Assembly (NCBI GenBank): GCA_002170245.2
Contig: NHFN02000017.1
Span: forward strand, 52,714-116,713
Reading direction: 5' to 3'
DNA length: 64,000 bases
DNA from: Gammaproteobacteria bacterium TMED112
Lineage (GTDB): Bacteria; Pseudomonadota; Gammaproteobacteria; Magnimaribacterales; TMED112
Shown: positions 1 to 9,981 of the stretch, in pieces
How the letters are laid out: every line of letters starts with the position of its first letter
Position numbering within the stretch: the first letter of the stretch is position 1
Program-made: the position numbers and the translations under genes
The notes under the pieces: model-generated
What the model was told of the DNA's origin: nothing
What the model saw: the letters and a program-made list of their open reading frames with translations, nothing else
Database searches by the model: none

Positions 1-391
1 TTGACTTTAATGTCTTTTTACCTTGCTCAATCATTGAGGTCTGCAATAAATAATGGACAAACTGTTAGGAATATAGCGAAATTTTTCTGTTCTTTATTCT
101 GTATTTTTGTTGCATCACTATTTTTGTATGCTCATCTTTCATTAAATTTTCTATCTTCAACAATTATCTATACATTTCACATATTTATAGTCATATTTCG
201 AATGGCTATGATTTGGTTCCCAAAACCAGACTAATTTGCCCTATTTTTCGCCTCTACAAGTGTTTTTGTGTCATGTACGACGAACTTATGCCTTAAAAAT
301 ATAAATTTTGCTTCATATGCGATATTTGAGCTCTATTTGACCTTTTTTTGTATTAATATCTATTTTATCGATTTTTATTAAGGATTTTTCT

Positions 392-3244
392 ATGAGCAAA
401 CGTTTTTTATTTTTTTCTGTCCTACTTTTAACAAGTTTTATTTTTTCTGAATCACTTATGAAGCCTACCTCACTTTCTAAGGATTTATATGATGTCAAAA
501 TTCTTAATGGTGATTACAACGATAATATCTCTCATCCTGATGAATTTTTAGATTTTGAATACGGTACAAGAGTGGCAAGTCCTGCACAGATAGAAAAAGC
601 TATTCTTAATTACGTAAAACAATCAAACCGTATAAAAGTTGTTGAATACGGTAAAACTCATGAAGGAAGGTCTTTGTATGCAGTTTTCATCTCATCCCCT
701 TCAAACATAAATAACCTTGATAACTTTAAACAATCTTTAGCTGACTTGTCAGATGCAAGAAAAACTAACGACAATAAAGCAAGATCTATTATTAACTCAT
801 TACCTGCAGTAGCATGGATGGCGTATTCAATTCATGGGAATGAAACATCAGGAGCTGATGCAGCATTAGGGATAATTTATCATCTTCTAGCAAGCCAAGA
901 TCAAGAAGTAGTTAATATGCTCGAAGATATGGTTGTAATTGTCGACCCAATGATGAATCCTGATGGTCGAGATAGATTTGTAAAATCGCTAGAACAATAT
1001 AGAGGTACAGCCCCTAATTATGATGATCAAGCGCTATTACATACTGGCGATTGGCCATATGCTAGAACAAATCACTACTATTTTGACCTTAACAGAGACT
1101 GGTTCTACCTCACCCAACCTGAAACACAAGGTAGAGTGCCTCTGATTAACGAATGGAGACCACAAATATTTGTAGATGGTCACGAAATGGGTGCTCAAGA
1201 TACTTTTATGACTGGCCCTCCACGAGAACCAATTAACACAAATATTGATAAAGATTTGATTAAATGGGGAAATGTTTTTGCTGATTATCAAGCAAAAGCA
1301 TTTGATGATAATAATTGGCGTTTTTATACTGGTGAATGGCATGAAGACCTTTATCCTGGATACTCATTTTACAGTCAATTTAGAGGTAGCTTAGGTATAT
1401 TATATGAACAGTCAAGAATGTCAGAAGACGGTGTAAGAAGACCTGAAGGAACTATACAGTCCTACAAAGAGTCAGTTCACCATCAGTTTGTAAGCACTAT
1501 TGCAAATCTTAAAACGCTTCAAAAACACTCTAAGGCAATGTATCAAGATTTTTGGGACGGAAGAAAATACAACGTGTCAAAAAATAGCGAATATGCCAAT
1601 CAAACATTTGTTATATTGCCAACGAAAAATAATGGAAGATTGAATACCTTAGCCGAAAAACTAAAAGCTCAGGATATTGAAATCTATGTTAATTCCGCAC
1701 CTATTCAAACAAAATCTATAGTTAAACAAACTGGAGATTTAGTCGAAAATTATATAATTCCTGCAGGAAGTATGATTATTCCTAACCTTCAGCCAGAAGC
1801 CCCATTAATTGCAGCAATTCTAGAGTTTGATGCTGAAATTATTGAATCAGTGCTTGAAGAGGAAAGAAGACAAAGACTGAAGAATAGCTCTTCAATAATG
1901 TATGACACAACTGCATTTAATTTAACTATGATGTATGGGCTTGAAGCAGTAACTGTTCAAGAAAATATTCAAAAAAATCTTACAAAATGGAAACCAATTG
2001 AAGCAAGTGTAAATGTTCAGGACGATGCTCTTATGTGGGCAGTCAATGGCATAGACGACCGATCAGTTGCTTTTGCTGCAAGATTAATGGAACTTGGAGT
2101 TGAAGTGAGAATTATTGATAAAGATACGCTTTTATCAGATCAGTCACTGCCCCGAGGTAGTGTAGTTGTTATTGAAATGGATAACCCTGACTATGAAGAT
2201 TTAAGCTCTGTTGTAAGTGCAATAGCGTCAGAATTAGATTTGTCAGTTGCATCAATCTCTTCAGGTTTTGGAGCTGAGGAATTACCTGATTGGGGCGGAG
2301 AACACTTTAAATTACTAGAGCGCCCTCAAATTGCACTCATGGGTCATCAGGATTTTAGTTCTTACGATGTGGGTGTAAGTTGGTGGTCGCTAGATCATCA
2401 CCTTGGTATTAGGCACAGCATGGTCAATGGTTCGTCATTAAATTATGGTGACCTACGTCGTTACAACACAATAATTATGCCAAGCGGCTACTTAAATCTT
2501 TCAGATTCTGAAATGGCTGGTTTAAAAGAATGGGTTAGACAGGGGGGTACTTTAATAGCACATAATGCTAGCTCTAGGAGTTTAAGTTTTGAGAATGGCA
2601 TTGGCTCTGTAAGACAAGTATCGAGCACGTTTGATAAAAGCGAAGAGTATAATATGGACCTTCAGAGAGAACTTGGAGCTTTGAATGTTGAAATTGACAT
2701 GGAAAAAACAAATGACAACAAAATTGATTTTGACGTGGAATATCCTTGGGAAGGAAGTAAAAATAAATATAACAAAGCTCAACTCGAAAAAAGAGATGAG
2801 TGGCAATCGTTATTTATGCCTTCCGGATCTTTCGTAGCTGGAAGAATAGATGACGAACATTGGTTAACTTATGGAAGCATTAGCACCCTACCCGTTCTAT
2901 ATGCAAATTATCCTGTTTTGATGACAGGAAATAACTCAGATGCACCAGTGAGAATTGGCGAATTAGTTGATAGTGATGATGAAACATATAGGTCAATTAA
3001 TTGGTCAGATATGCCACCTAAAACAGATTTAAATGTGCGAATGAGCGGACTAGTTTGGCCTGAAGCATCCCAGAGAATAGCTAATTCTGCTTATATTACT
3101 CGAGAAAGAATAGGCAGAGGCCAAGTGATTTTATTTGCGGGTGAACCAAATTTTAGAGGTGCAGCTCTAGGTACCAATAGGTTATGGCTTAATGCTGTTG
3201 TGTATGGATCAGGACTGGGAACTTCAGCAAGAATAGTGCCTTAA
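392..3244 (+). CDS. secreted M14-family zinc carboxypeptidase-like peptidase, 950 aa
   Basis: Hydrophobic signal-like N-terminus. M14 motifs HGNETSG, DPMMNPDGRD and DGHEMG lie in the first ~330 aa. The remaining ~600 aa are unassigned. Confidence 0.8.
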   Translation: MSKRFLFFSVLLLTSFIFSESLMKPTSLSKDLYDVKILNGDYNDNISHPDEFLDFEYGTRVASPAQIEKAILNYVKQSNRIKVVEYGKTHEGRSLYAVFISSPSNINNLDNFKQSLADLSDARKTNDNKARSIINSLPAVAWMAYSIHGNETSGADAALGIIYHLLASQDQEVVNMLEDMVVIVDPMMNPDGRDRFVKSLEQYRGTAPNYDDQALLHTGDWPYARTNHYYFDLNRDWFYLTQPETQGRVPLINEWRPQIFVDGHEMGAQDTFMTGPPREPINTNIDKDLIKWGNVFADYQAKAFDDNNWRFYTGEWHEDLYPGYSFYSQFRGSLGILYEQSRMSEDGVRRPEGTIQSYKESVHHQFVSTIANLKTLQKHSKAMYQDFWDGRKYNVSKNSEYANQTFVILPTKNNGRLNTLAEKLKAQDIEIYVNSAPIQTKSIVKQTGDLVENYIIPAGSMIIPNLQPEAPLIAAILEFDAEIIESVLEEERRQRLKNSSSIMYDTTAFNLTMMYGLEAVTVQENIQKNLTKWKPIEASVNVQDDALMWAVNGIDDRSVAFAARLMELGVEVRIIDKDTLLSDQSLPRGSVVVIEMDNPDYEDLSSVVSAIASELDLSVASISSGFGAEELPDWGGEHFKLLERPQIALMGHQDFSSYDVGVSWWSLDHHLGIRHSMVNGSSLNYGDLRRYNTIIMPSGYLNLSDSEMAGLKEWVRQGGTLIAHNASSRSLSFENGIGSVRQVSSTFDKSEEYNMDLQRELGALNVEIDMEKTNDNKIDFDVEYPWEGSKNKYNKAQLEKRDEWQSLFMPSGSFVAGRIDDEHWLTYGSISTLPVLYANYPVLMTGNNSDAPVRIGELVDSDDETYRSINWSDMPPKTDLNVRMSGLVWPEASQRIANSAYITRERIGRGQVILFAGEPNFRGAALGTNRLWLNAVVYGSGLGTSARIVP

Positions 3245-3271
3245 TCGTTTAATTCTACCTCTACTCCAAAC

Positions 3272-4666
3272 CTAAATTTGTAAGAATTTTATAATTTCTT
3301 TTGCTGCATCTCTGCCATGTGCTATGGCGTGAACAGCTAAACTTGAACCTATTATCATGTCTCCACCCGCAAAAAATTTAGGATTTGATGTTTGATATTT
3401 AAAATTTTTATTATCTAGTGAAATAAGACCTCTACCAGAAACTTTTATATTATTTTCAGCAATAAAACTTTGTGGATCTGCTTGGTATCCAAAGGCAATT
3501 ACGAGCTTATCAATTTCAAGTAATTTCTCAGAACCTTCTACTAAAATTGGCTTTCTTCTGCCAGATGTATCAGCTTTACCTAATTTAGTCTCACCTATTT
3601 TGAGCTGTTTAACTTTTCCATTGCCTTTTATCTCCAATGGTTGAGAATTGAACAAGAAATTTACGCCCTCCTCCATAGCATGATTGATTTCTTTTACTGA
3701 TCCTGGCATATTTTTTTTATCCCTTCTGTACACACAATGAACACTTTTTGCTTGTTGTCGTACAGCGGTTCTTACGCAATCCATAGCTGTATCACCGCCC
3801 CCTAAAACTACTACTTTTTTATCTTTGAAATTAATACTTTCAGCATCATCCTCTGACATTAAATATTCAGTATTTCTAATTAGATAAGGCAAGGCCTCTA
3901 CAACACCTTCTTTGTCCTGACCCTCAATGTCACCTTTGATTGACTCATATGTTCCAAGCCCTAAAAAAACAGCGTCACTATTTTTTTCGATTTCATTCAT
4001 TTTTTTTTCATCAACTTCATAATTTAGAACAAACTTCACACCAAGTTCTTCAAGAATTTCACGACGTTTAAGGACTATGTTTTTTTCTAATTTAAACTCA
4101 GGAATACCATAAGTTAACAGTCCTCCTATTTCCGGATATTTATCATAAACTGTACATTTAACTCCCCTTCTGATGAGATTTTCTGCGCATGCAAGGCCTG
4201 CAGGCCCAGCTCCGATTATTGAAACAGTTTTAGTAGAAAAATTTTCCACGTACTTCTTTGGTTTCCATCCATCAGCTAAAGCTTTATCGGTAATATATTT
4301 CTCAATCTGACCAATAGTGACAGCCTCGTAGCCTGTATTAAGAGTACATGCACCTTCACAAAGCTTCTCTTGTGGGCAGATTCGCCCACATATTTCTGGA
4401 AAAGAATTTGTTTCATGACATAAATCGGCCGCCTCTTGAATTGAACCTTCTTGCGCTAGCTTTAGCCAATCAGGTATGTAATTGTGAAGCGGGCACTTCC
4501 ATTCACAATAAGGATTGCCGCAGTCTAAACATCTACTTGATTGTTCTTTGACTGAATCAATATTTTGAGTCTCATATATTTCTCCAAAATCAACTTTTCG
4601 TGCACTAATTGGTTTAGTTTCAGGTTCTATTCTCTTAATATCAATGAATTCAAAATTAGTTGACAT
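3272..4666 (-). CDS. gltD: glutamate synthase small subunit
   Basis: Cys clusters CLDCGNPYCEWKCP and CGRICP..CEGAC. Dinucleotide folds IGAGPAGL and LGGGDTAMD. 1-bp overlap with gltB. Confidence 0.95.
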   Translation of the reverse strand: MSTNFEFIDIKRIEPETKPISARKVDFGEIYETQNIDSVKEQSSRCLDCGNPYCEWKCPLHNYIPDWLKLAQEGSIQEAADLCHETNSFPEICGRICPQEKLCEGACTLNTGYEAVTIGQIEKYITDKALADGWKPKKYVENFSTKTVSIIGAGPAGLACAENLIRRGVKCTVYDKYPEIGGLLTYGIPEFKLEKNIVLKRREILEELGVKFVLNYEVDEKKMNEIEKNSDAVFLGLGTYESIKGDIEGQDKEGVVEALPYLIRNTEYLMSEDDAESINFKDKKVVVLGGGDTAMDCVRTAVRQQAKSVHCVYRRDKKNMPGSVKEINHAMEEGVNFLFNSQPLEIKGNGKVKQLKIGETKLGKADTSGRRKPILVEGSEKLLEIDKLVIAFGYQADPQSFIAENNIKVSGRGLISLDNKNFKYQTSNPKFFAGGDMIIGSSLAVHAIAHGRDAAKEIIKFLQI

Positions 4667-7600
4667 TATGCTGCATCCTCACGAGTTTTCTGAATAATCT
4701 TTGTTAAATTTTCAGCGTACGGCGTTACTATCCAAAATAAGCTTTGATACTTCTCAAAGTCCTCTAATATCTTTTTACCAATCTCACTACTTGTTTCTTT
4801 TATGAAATGTACAATACGATCTTTAAGGTATGACCGATGTGCCTCCATTTCTTGTGAGGTTATTCTGTTGAAAGACACCAAATCTTTATTGCATTTATCA
4901 ACAAAACTTCTGTCTTCATCAAATACGTATGCAAAACCGCCTGTCATGCCCGCACCAAAATTATTTCCAACAGGACCTAAAACAATTACTTCCCCACCTG
5001 TCATATATTCGCAACAATGGTCTCCAGCGCCCTCTATGATTGCTTTAGCTCCGGAATTTCTTACAGCAAATCTCTCCCCTAAAATGCCAGATGCATAGAA
5101 TTCTCCCCCTGTTGCTCCAAACAAACATGTATTGCCCGCAAGCACTGATCTGTCTTCTTTTAGATATTTATCTTTTGTTATTACAATCTTTCCGCCATTC
5201 ATTCCTTTGCCAACATAATCATTGGCTAAACCAACCAATCTCAAATCAACCCCCTTGGAATTCCAGCAGCCAAAACTTTGCCCAGCATTACCTCTAAAAT
5301 TAAGAATAAGTTTTTCAGGGAAACCTTCTCTACCGTATTTTTCAGCAATATCTCCAGCCAATCTTGCACCAATAGATCTATGAGTATTCTTGATGTCAAA
5401 ATTGAATGATCCGCCTTTGCCTTTAGCAATATTCTTTTTAAATTTCTTAGAAAGTGTGTTTGATAATGACTCGTCACTTAAAGAATTATTTATTAAATTC
5501 TTGTTGACTAAATTAGATTGTTTTTTATTAGGCCTGTAACGCTCCAATAATCGATCAAATCCTAACTTAAGTGACTCCTTTCTCGAATCACTTTTTAATT
5601 TCAATAAAGCCGTATTGCCTATAATTTCATCTAATGTTTTAAACCCTAAAAATGCAAGTATTTCTCTTACTTCTGTAGCGGTGTATTCAAAGAATTTTTG
5701 TACTTTCTCAACTTCCCCAATAAAATGATCATCAATTATCCTTAATTGTTGAGTTGCTACACCTGTTGCACAATTATTTAAATGACAAATTCTCAGATAC
5801 TTACATCCCATAGCAATCATTGGTGCTGTACCAAATCCAAATGAATCTGCACCGAATATAGCTGCTTTCACAACATCTTGAGCTGTCTTTAGGCCTCCAT
5901 CCGTTTGAAGCCTTACATTTGATCTTAGATTGCTTTGTAGCAATGTGTTTTGCGTTTCAAACATGCCAGTTTCCCACGGAGAACCAGCGTGCCTTATTGA
6001 AGATATTGGGCTTGCTCCAGTACCACCGTCGTGACCAGAAATAGTGATGAAATCTGCGTTTGCTTTTACTACTCCAGCAGCAACAATACCCACACCTGGT
6101 TCTGAAACAAGTTTGACTGAAACCATTGCTTCAGGATTTACTTGTTTTAAGTCATAAATAAGTTGAGCAAGATCTTCTATAGAGTAAATATCGTGATGAG
6201 GTGGTGGTGAAATTAACGTTACACCTGGTTTAGAATATCTCAGTTGAGCAATATAAGAATCGACTTTGGAACCTGGTAGCTGGCCACCTTCACCTGGTTT
6301 AGCTCCTTGAGCAATCTTAATCTGTAATACTTCGGCATTTCTGAGGTAATGTGGTGTTACTCCAAATCTGCCTGATGCAATTTGTTTAATTTTCGATTCA
6401 AGTTGAGTTCCGTATCTTTTGGGATCCTCACCCCCCTCGCCTGAATTTGATCTGCATCCTAGTCCGTTCATTGCAGCAGCTAATGTTTCATGAGCGTGAG
6501 GCGACATTGAACCTAAACTCATGCCAGCTGAATCAAACCTAGCTAAAATAGCTTTAACAGGTTCAACCTCTTCGATATGTATAGATTTCTTATTAGGTAC
6601 TAGTTCAAAATAGTCTCTTATTGCTAAATTTCTTCTAGAATCTACATGCGCAGAGTACTTTTTAAATCCTTCGTAAGAGTCTTTTTTTAGTGAGTTTTGA
6701 AGGTTCATAACTACATCAGGGTTGAAAGCATGATCTTCACCGCCGTGTTTATATTTATGCAATCCTTTTGCTAATTTTGCATCATTTACATCAGAAGATA
6801 TTGTATGGATAATGTTTTTATGTATGTCATTAAATGAGTCTCCTTTTATAAGAGATTCATTTTTTGGAAAACATAGCTTATTCACTTCATCAGAAAAACC
6901 AATTACTTCAAATAATCCGGAACCCCTATAGCTAGATACATTTGATATTCCCATTTTTGACATAATTTTTAAGAGACCTTTGTTCAGACATTTTCTGTAT
7001 GAAACACACAAATCATTTGAACTCATGTCTGAATGATTCTTATGCGCTATTTTTAAAATAGTTTGTAAACCGAGCCAAGGGTGCACGCAGGTTGCGCCAA
7101 ATGCAATAAGGCAAGCAATTTGATGATTGTCCCTTGCAGATGCTGTATTCACAATAACGTTGCATTTTGTTCTTAAATTCTCTGCAATAAGCCTATTATG
7201 GAGTGCAGAGGTAATTAACAGAGCTGGTATAACAGGAATTTTAAGACTCGATTGTTTTTCATCTAAAATCACGAGATTTGTTCCAACTTTAACTATTTTT
7301 ATAACATCGTCTAGTAGCCTTTCAATAGCTGTTCGCAGACCTTCTGATTCAGCATATTCCAAGGAAAATCGTTTGCACGGAAATTTTTTATTTTTAAGCA
7401 AAAGATTAAATTTTTTATGAGAAAGAATAGGAGAATTGACGACTATACGATTAGCATGTTGAGCAGTTTCCTCAAATATATTTAGCTCAGGACCCAAACA
7501 AGTTTCTAATGACATTACTGATTTTTCTCGCAAAGAATCTATTGGAGGGTTGGTAACTTGAGCAAATTTCTGTCTACAATTGTCATAAATTGATCTGATT

Positions 7601-9081
7601 TTTTCGCTAATAGGTGATATTGGTGTGTCATCTCCCATTGATCCAGTTGGCTCATTACTCTCAATTGCATAAGTTTTGAGCATTTGTATTTCTTCATTAT
7701 TTAACAAAAAAGATTTACAAGACTGTTGATAATATCTTTCTGAAATTTCCCGCATTTCTGGACCGCTATATTCATGTAATTTAGCTTCAAGATGTTTGGC
7801 ATTTTCTTTTAACCATTTTCTGTATGGTTTAGAAAGAGAGAGTTTTTTATCAACTTGATCATCCATTAATAATTCTTTCGAATTTCTATCAAAGAGTATT
7901 AGGCCGCCAGGCCCTAATCTTCCAGTGCCAACCCGTTTAAGATTTTTAATTTGGTTTGATCCAACCTCAGATGAAACACAAACTGAATCATCGTCAAAAT
8001 ACTCAATCCTTGCTGGCCTCAGGCCGTTTCTATCTAGGAAACAGGAAATAAATTCATTAGTTTGAAAACAGATAAGAGCTGGGCCATCCCAAGCTTCCAT
8101 ATGCATTGAATTATATTCATGAAAAGCTTTCTCATCAGGATCAATAAGATCTGTATTTTGCCACGATGGTGGTATGAGCATTCTTGCAGCTCTGCCAATA
8201 TTTACCCCACCCAAAGTGAATAATTCCAGTATATTGTCTAAAGATGATGAGTCAGAACCCTCTTGATTAATTAACGGATAATATTCTTTTAAGTCTCCAA
8301 GTTTCTTTGATTCAAAATTCTCAACTCTTGCAGTAGCCCAATTTCTGTTGCCACTTATAGTATTAATTTCACCATTATGTGCTATCAACCTGTATGGTTG
8401 AGCTAAATGCCACTTAGGTGATGTGTTTGTCGAAAACCTCACATGAAATGTAGCAGATGCTGAGGAATGAGCTGTATCTGCTAGATCTGTATAAAATTCA
8501 GCGAAATAATCTGGATGAATTAGACCTTTATAAACAATGGAAGTTTCTGAAAAACTAGCACAATAGAGTTCTTTTTCAGCACAAAAATTATTATCAAGAT
8601 ACTTTTTAATTTTAAAATATACTGGCTGAAGGTCATCAGTTGTATTATTTTTCTTTGGTGAAATGAATAATTGAATAAAACGAGGACAAGATTTTTGAGC
8701 AAGTTCTCCCAAAATTTTCTTGTTAACAGTTAGATTTCTCTCCGCATCGATTTTTAAGTCAAACTTTGAACAGATCTTAGATATCACTGCAACATGATCA
8801 AAACCTCCTTGAACCATTAAAACTGCAATAGCAAATTTATTTGGAAGAATATGATTCTGCTCCTCAAGCAATTTTTTTTGATAAAAATTACGGTCTAAAT
8901 CTATAAGAATTCCGCACCCATCAGGGGTCATTCCATCGTAACTTAATGCGCCTCTATGCTTCATATTCTTCAAAGAAAGAAGAGCTCTGGATATTATTGA
9001 ATGGCTGTTTGTATTATTTTTACTAAATATTGTACCTGTACCGCAAGCATCGTGATCATTTATCTTAAATTTACCCTTCAT
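4666..9081 (-). CDS. gltB: glutamate synthase large subunit
   Basis: 1471 aa. N-terminal Ntn amidotransferase Cys (HDACGTG), central FMN/synthase domain, and C-terminal GXGXG-type domain (GAGMTGG). Confidence 0.97.
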   Translation of the reverse strand: MKGKFKINDHDACGTGTIFSKNNTNSHSIISRALLSLKNMKHRGALSYDGMTPDGCGILIDLDRNFYQKKLLEEQNHILPNKFAIAVLMVQGGFDHVAVISKICSKFDLKIDAERNLTVNKKILGELAQKSCPRFIQLFISPKKNNTTDDLQPVYFKIKKYLDNNFCAEKELYCASFSETSIVYKGLIHPDYFAEFYTDLADTAHSSASATFHVRFSTNTSPKWHLAQPYRLIAHNGEINTISGNRNWATARVENFESKKLGDLKEYYPLINQEGSDSSSLDNILELFTLGGVNIGRAARMLIPPSWQNTDLIDPDEKAFHEYNSMHMEAWDGPALICFQTNEFISCFLDRNGLRPARIEYFDDDSVCVSSEVGSNQIKNLKRVGTGRLGPGGLILFDRNSKELLMDDQVDKKLSLSKPYRKWLKENAKHLEAKLHEYSGPEMREISERYYQQSCKSFLLNNEEIQMLKTYAIESNEPTGSMGDDTPISPISEKIRSIYDNCRQKFAQVTNPPIDSLREKSVMSLETCLGPELNIFEETAQHANRIVVNSPILSHKKFNLLLKNKKFPCKRFSLEYAESEGLRTAIERLLDDVIKIVKVGTNLVILDEKQSSLKIPVIPALLITSALHNRLIAENLRTKCNVIVNTASARDNHQIACLIAFGATCVHPWLGLQTILKIAHKNHSDMSSNDLCVSYRKCLNKGLLKIMSKMGISNVSSYRGSGLFEVIGFSDEVNKLCFPKNESLIKGDSFNDIHKNIIHTISSDVNDAKLAKGLHKYKHGGEDHAFNPDVVMNLQNSLKKDSYEGFKKYSAHVDSRRNLAIRDYFELVPNKKSIHIEEVEPVKAILARFDSAGMSLGSMSPHAHETLAAAMNGLGCRSNSGEGGEDPKRYGTQLESKIKQIASGRFGVTPHYLRNAEVLQIKIAQGAKPGEGGQLPGSKVDSYIAQLRYSKPGVTLISPPPHHDIYSIEDLAQLIYDLKQVNPEAMVSVKLVSEPGVGIVAAGVVKANADFITISGHDGGTGASPISSIRHAGSPWETGMFETQNTLLQSNLRSNVRLQTDGGLKTAQDVVKAAIFGADSFGFGTAPMIAMGCKYLRICHLNNCATGVATQQLRIIDDHFIGEVEKVQKFFEYTATEVREILAFLGFKTLDEIIGNTALLKLKSDSRKESLKLGFDRLLERYRPNKKQSNLVNKNLINNSLSDESLSNTLSKKFKKNIAKGKGGSFNFDIKNTHRSIGARLAGDIAEKYGREGFPEKLILNFRGNAGQSFGCWNSKGVDLRLVGLANDYVGKGMNGGKIVITKDKYLKEDRSVLAGNTCLFGATGGEFYASGILGERFAVRNSGAKAIIEGAGDHCCEYMTGGEVIVLGPVGNNFGAGMTGGFAYVFDEDRSFVDKCNKDLVSFNRITSQEMEAHRSYLKDRIVHFIKETSSEIGKKILEDFEKYQSLFWIVTPYAENLTKIIQKTREDAA

Positions 9082-9115
9082 TTTGTATTAAGTTTTACTT
9101 ATTCGTTTTTATCTG

Positions 9116-9144
9116 TTGACTTTTTTATTATAGGGTATTAATTT
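9116..9144 (+). promoter_or_regulatory. candidate sigma70-type promoter for the riboswitch-porin-amt transcript
   Basis: TTGACT (9116-9121), 17-nt spacer, TAATTT (9139-9144). This is a sequence match only. Confidence 0.25.
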
Positions 9145-9175
9145 GGATAATGTTAATTTATAAATTGTGTTTATA

Positions 9176-9252
9176 ACCCATACTCCATGGGGAAAAAGGA
9201 GCCCATAAAACATGGGTTAAAAGTTAAACCATCTCCATGGTGAAAAAGGAGC
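9176..9252 (+). promoter_or_regulatory. tandem unclassified hairpin/pseudoknot-like leader elements (2 copies, 50-nt register)
   Basis: Two copies of NCCAU(A)CUCCAUGGNGAAAAAGGAGC. Stems are 9177-81:9187-91 and 9228-32:9237-41. The CUCC loop is complementary to the GGAG that follows an A5 linker. One C:G to A:U compensatory change is present. Confidence 0.35.
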
Positions 9253-9255
9253 GGA

Positions 9256-9304
9256 ATCGTTCATCCAATACGGACGGAAGTAGGCAACAGCCGAAGGAAC
9301 GCGC
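9256..9304 (+). promoter_or_regulatory. glutamine riboswitch (glnA RNA motif)
   Basis: CGUUCAUCC-AAUAC-GGACGGAAGUAGG-CAACAG-CCGAAGGAACGCG. P1 is CGUUC (9258-62) paired with GAACG (9297-9301). The conserved ACGGAAGUAGG and GAAGGAACGC blocks of the glnA motif are present. It sits upstream of the porin-amt genes. Confidence 0.85.
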
Positions 9305-9366
9305 TTAATTTTCTATGAAAGGTTTGACCCTTTATTTATTATATTTCGCATTTTAAGGAGATGTTT

Positions 9367-9963
9367 ATGAAAAAGGGAATAATGACTTTTGTCATGTTTC
9401 TAACTTTACCAATGTTTGCTGATTTATCTGCAAACTTTACCTTTTCGTCCAACTACGTTTGGCGAGGAATGACTCAGACTATGGACGACCCTGGATACAG
9501 TGGTGGTTTTGATTACTCACATGAATCTGGATTTTATGCAGGAACATGGGGTTCTAACGTTGCTTTTGGTGGTGCTGGACTTGAATTGGATACATATGCA
9601 GGTTACTCAGGTACAACTTCAGAAGGTATTGATTACGACGTTGGGTATATTGATTATGCCTATCCAGGTACAACAGGTGATTTTGAAGAATTTTATTTCT
9701 CAGCTTCTTATCAAGGAATGGGTTTCTCATATTATGAGCCACTAGAAGGTGGTGCTGATTACATGGAAGCTTTCTATTCTGATGATTATGTAACTGTGTC
9801 ATATGGTGATTACAATTCGTATGGTACTAATTTCTTAGTTGCCTATGCTTTTCCATTATTTGGTTATGACGCTTCAATTGGATATACCGATTTTTCAGCT
9901 GAAGAAGGTTCTGGCATGGAAGATGAAGATGGTGTTGTCTTTTCAATTGGTGCCTCATTCTAA
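9367..9963 (+). CDS. TorF-family putative outer-membrane porin
   Basis: Signal peptide, then SSNYVWRGMTQT..GFYAGTWGSNV..LELDTYAGY..YAYPG, typical of the proteobacterial TorF/Gcw_chp beta-barrel family. The ORF ends in F. The ATG at 9367 has ideal spacing to the SD AAGGAG (9355-60). The ORF track starts at 9361. Confidence 0.75.
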   Translation: MKKGIMTFVMFLTLPMFADLSANFTFSSNYVWRGMTQTMDDPGYSGGFDYSHESGFYAGTWGSNVAFGGAGLELDTYAGYSGTTSEGIDYDVGYIDYAYPGTTGDFEEFYFSASYQGMGFSYYEPLEGGADYMEAFYSDDYVTVSYGDYNSYGTNFLVAYAFPLFGYDASIGYTDFSAEEGSGMEDEDGVVFSIGASF

Positions 9964-9981
9964 GGGCCGAGGAGGAATTTT

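Noticed and set aside
1-234. 77-aa ORF open to the left window edge
   Set aside because: The Phe/Ile/Leu-rich translation is typical of AT-rich non-coding sequence. There is no recognisable motif, and the minus strand is closed in all frames. It may be the tail of an unknown membrane protein, but I cannot support that.
9187-9243. 18-codon leader ORF (MGKKEPIKHGLKVKPSPW) spanning the two tandem elements
   Set aside because: There is no SD or plausible initiation context upstream of the ATG. The ATG is part of the CCAUGG stem, so RNA structure explains the sequence better.
9176-9252. Identity of the tandem elements as preQ1-I or guanidine-II (mini-ykkC) riboswitches
   Set aside because: The hairpin loops are only 4-5 nt and are fully consumed by the proposed pseudoknot pairing, which leaves no preQ1 pocket. 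The loops are (A)CUCC, not ACGR. The genomic context (amt, gltB) does not fit either class.
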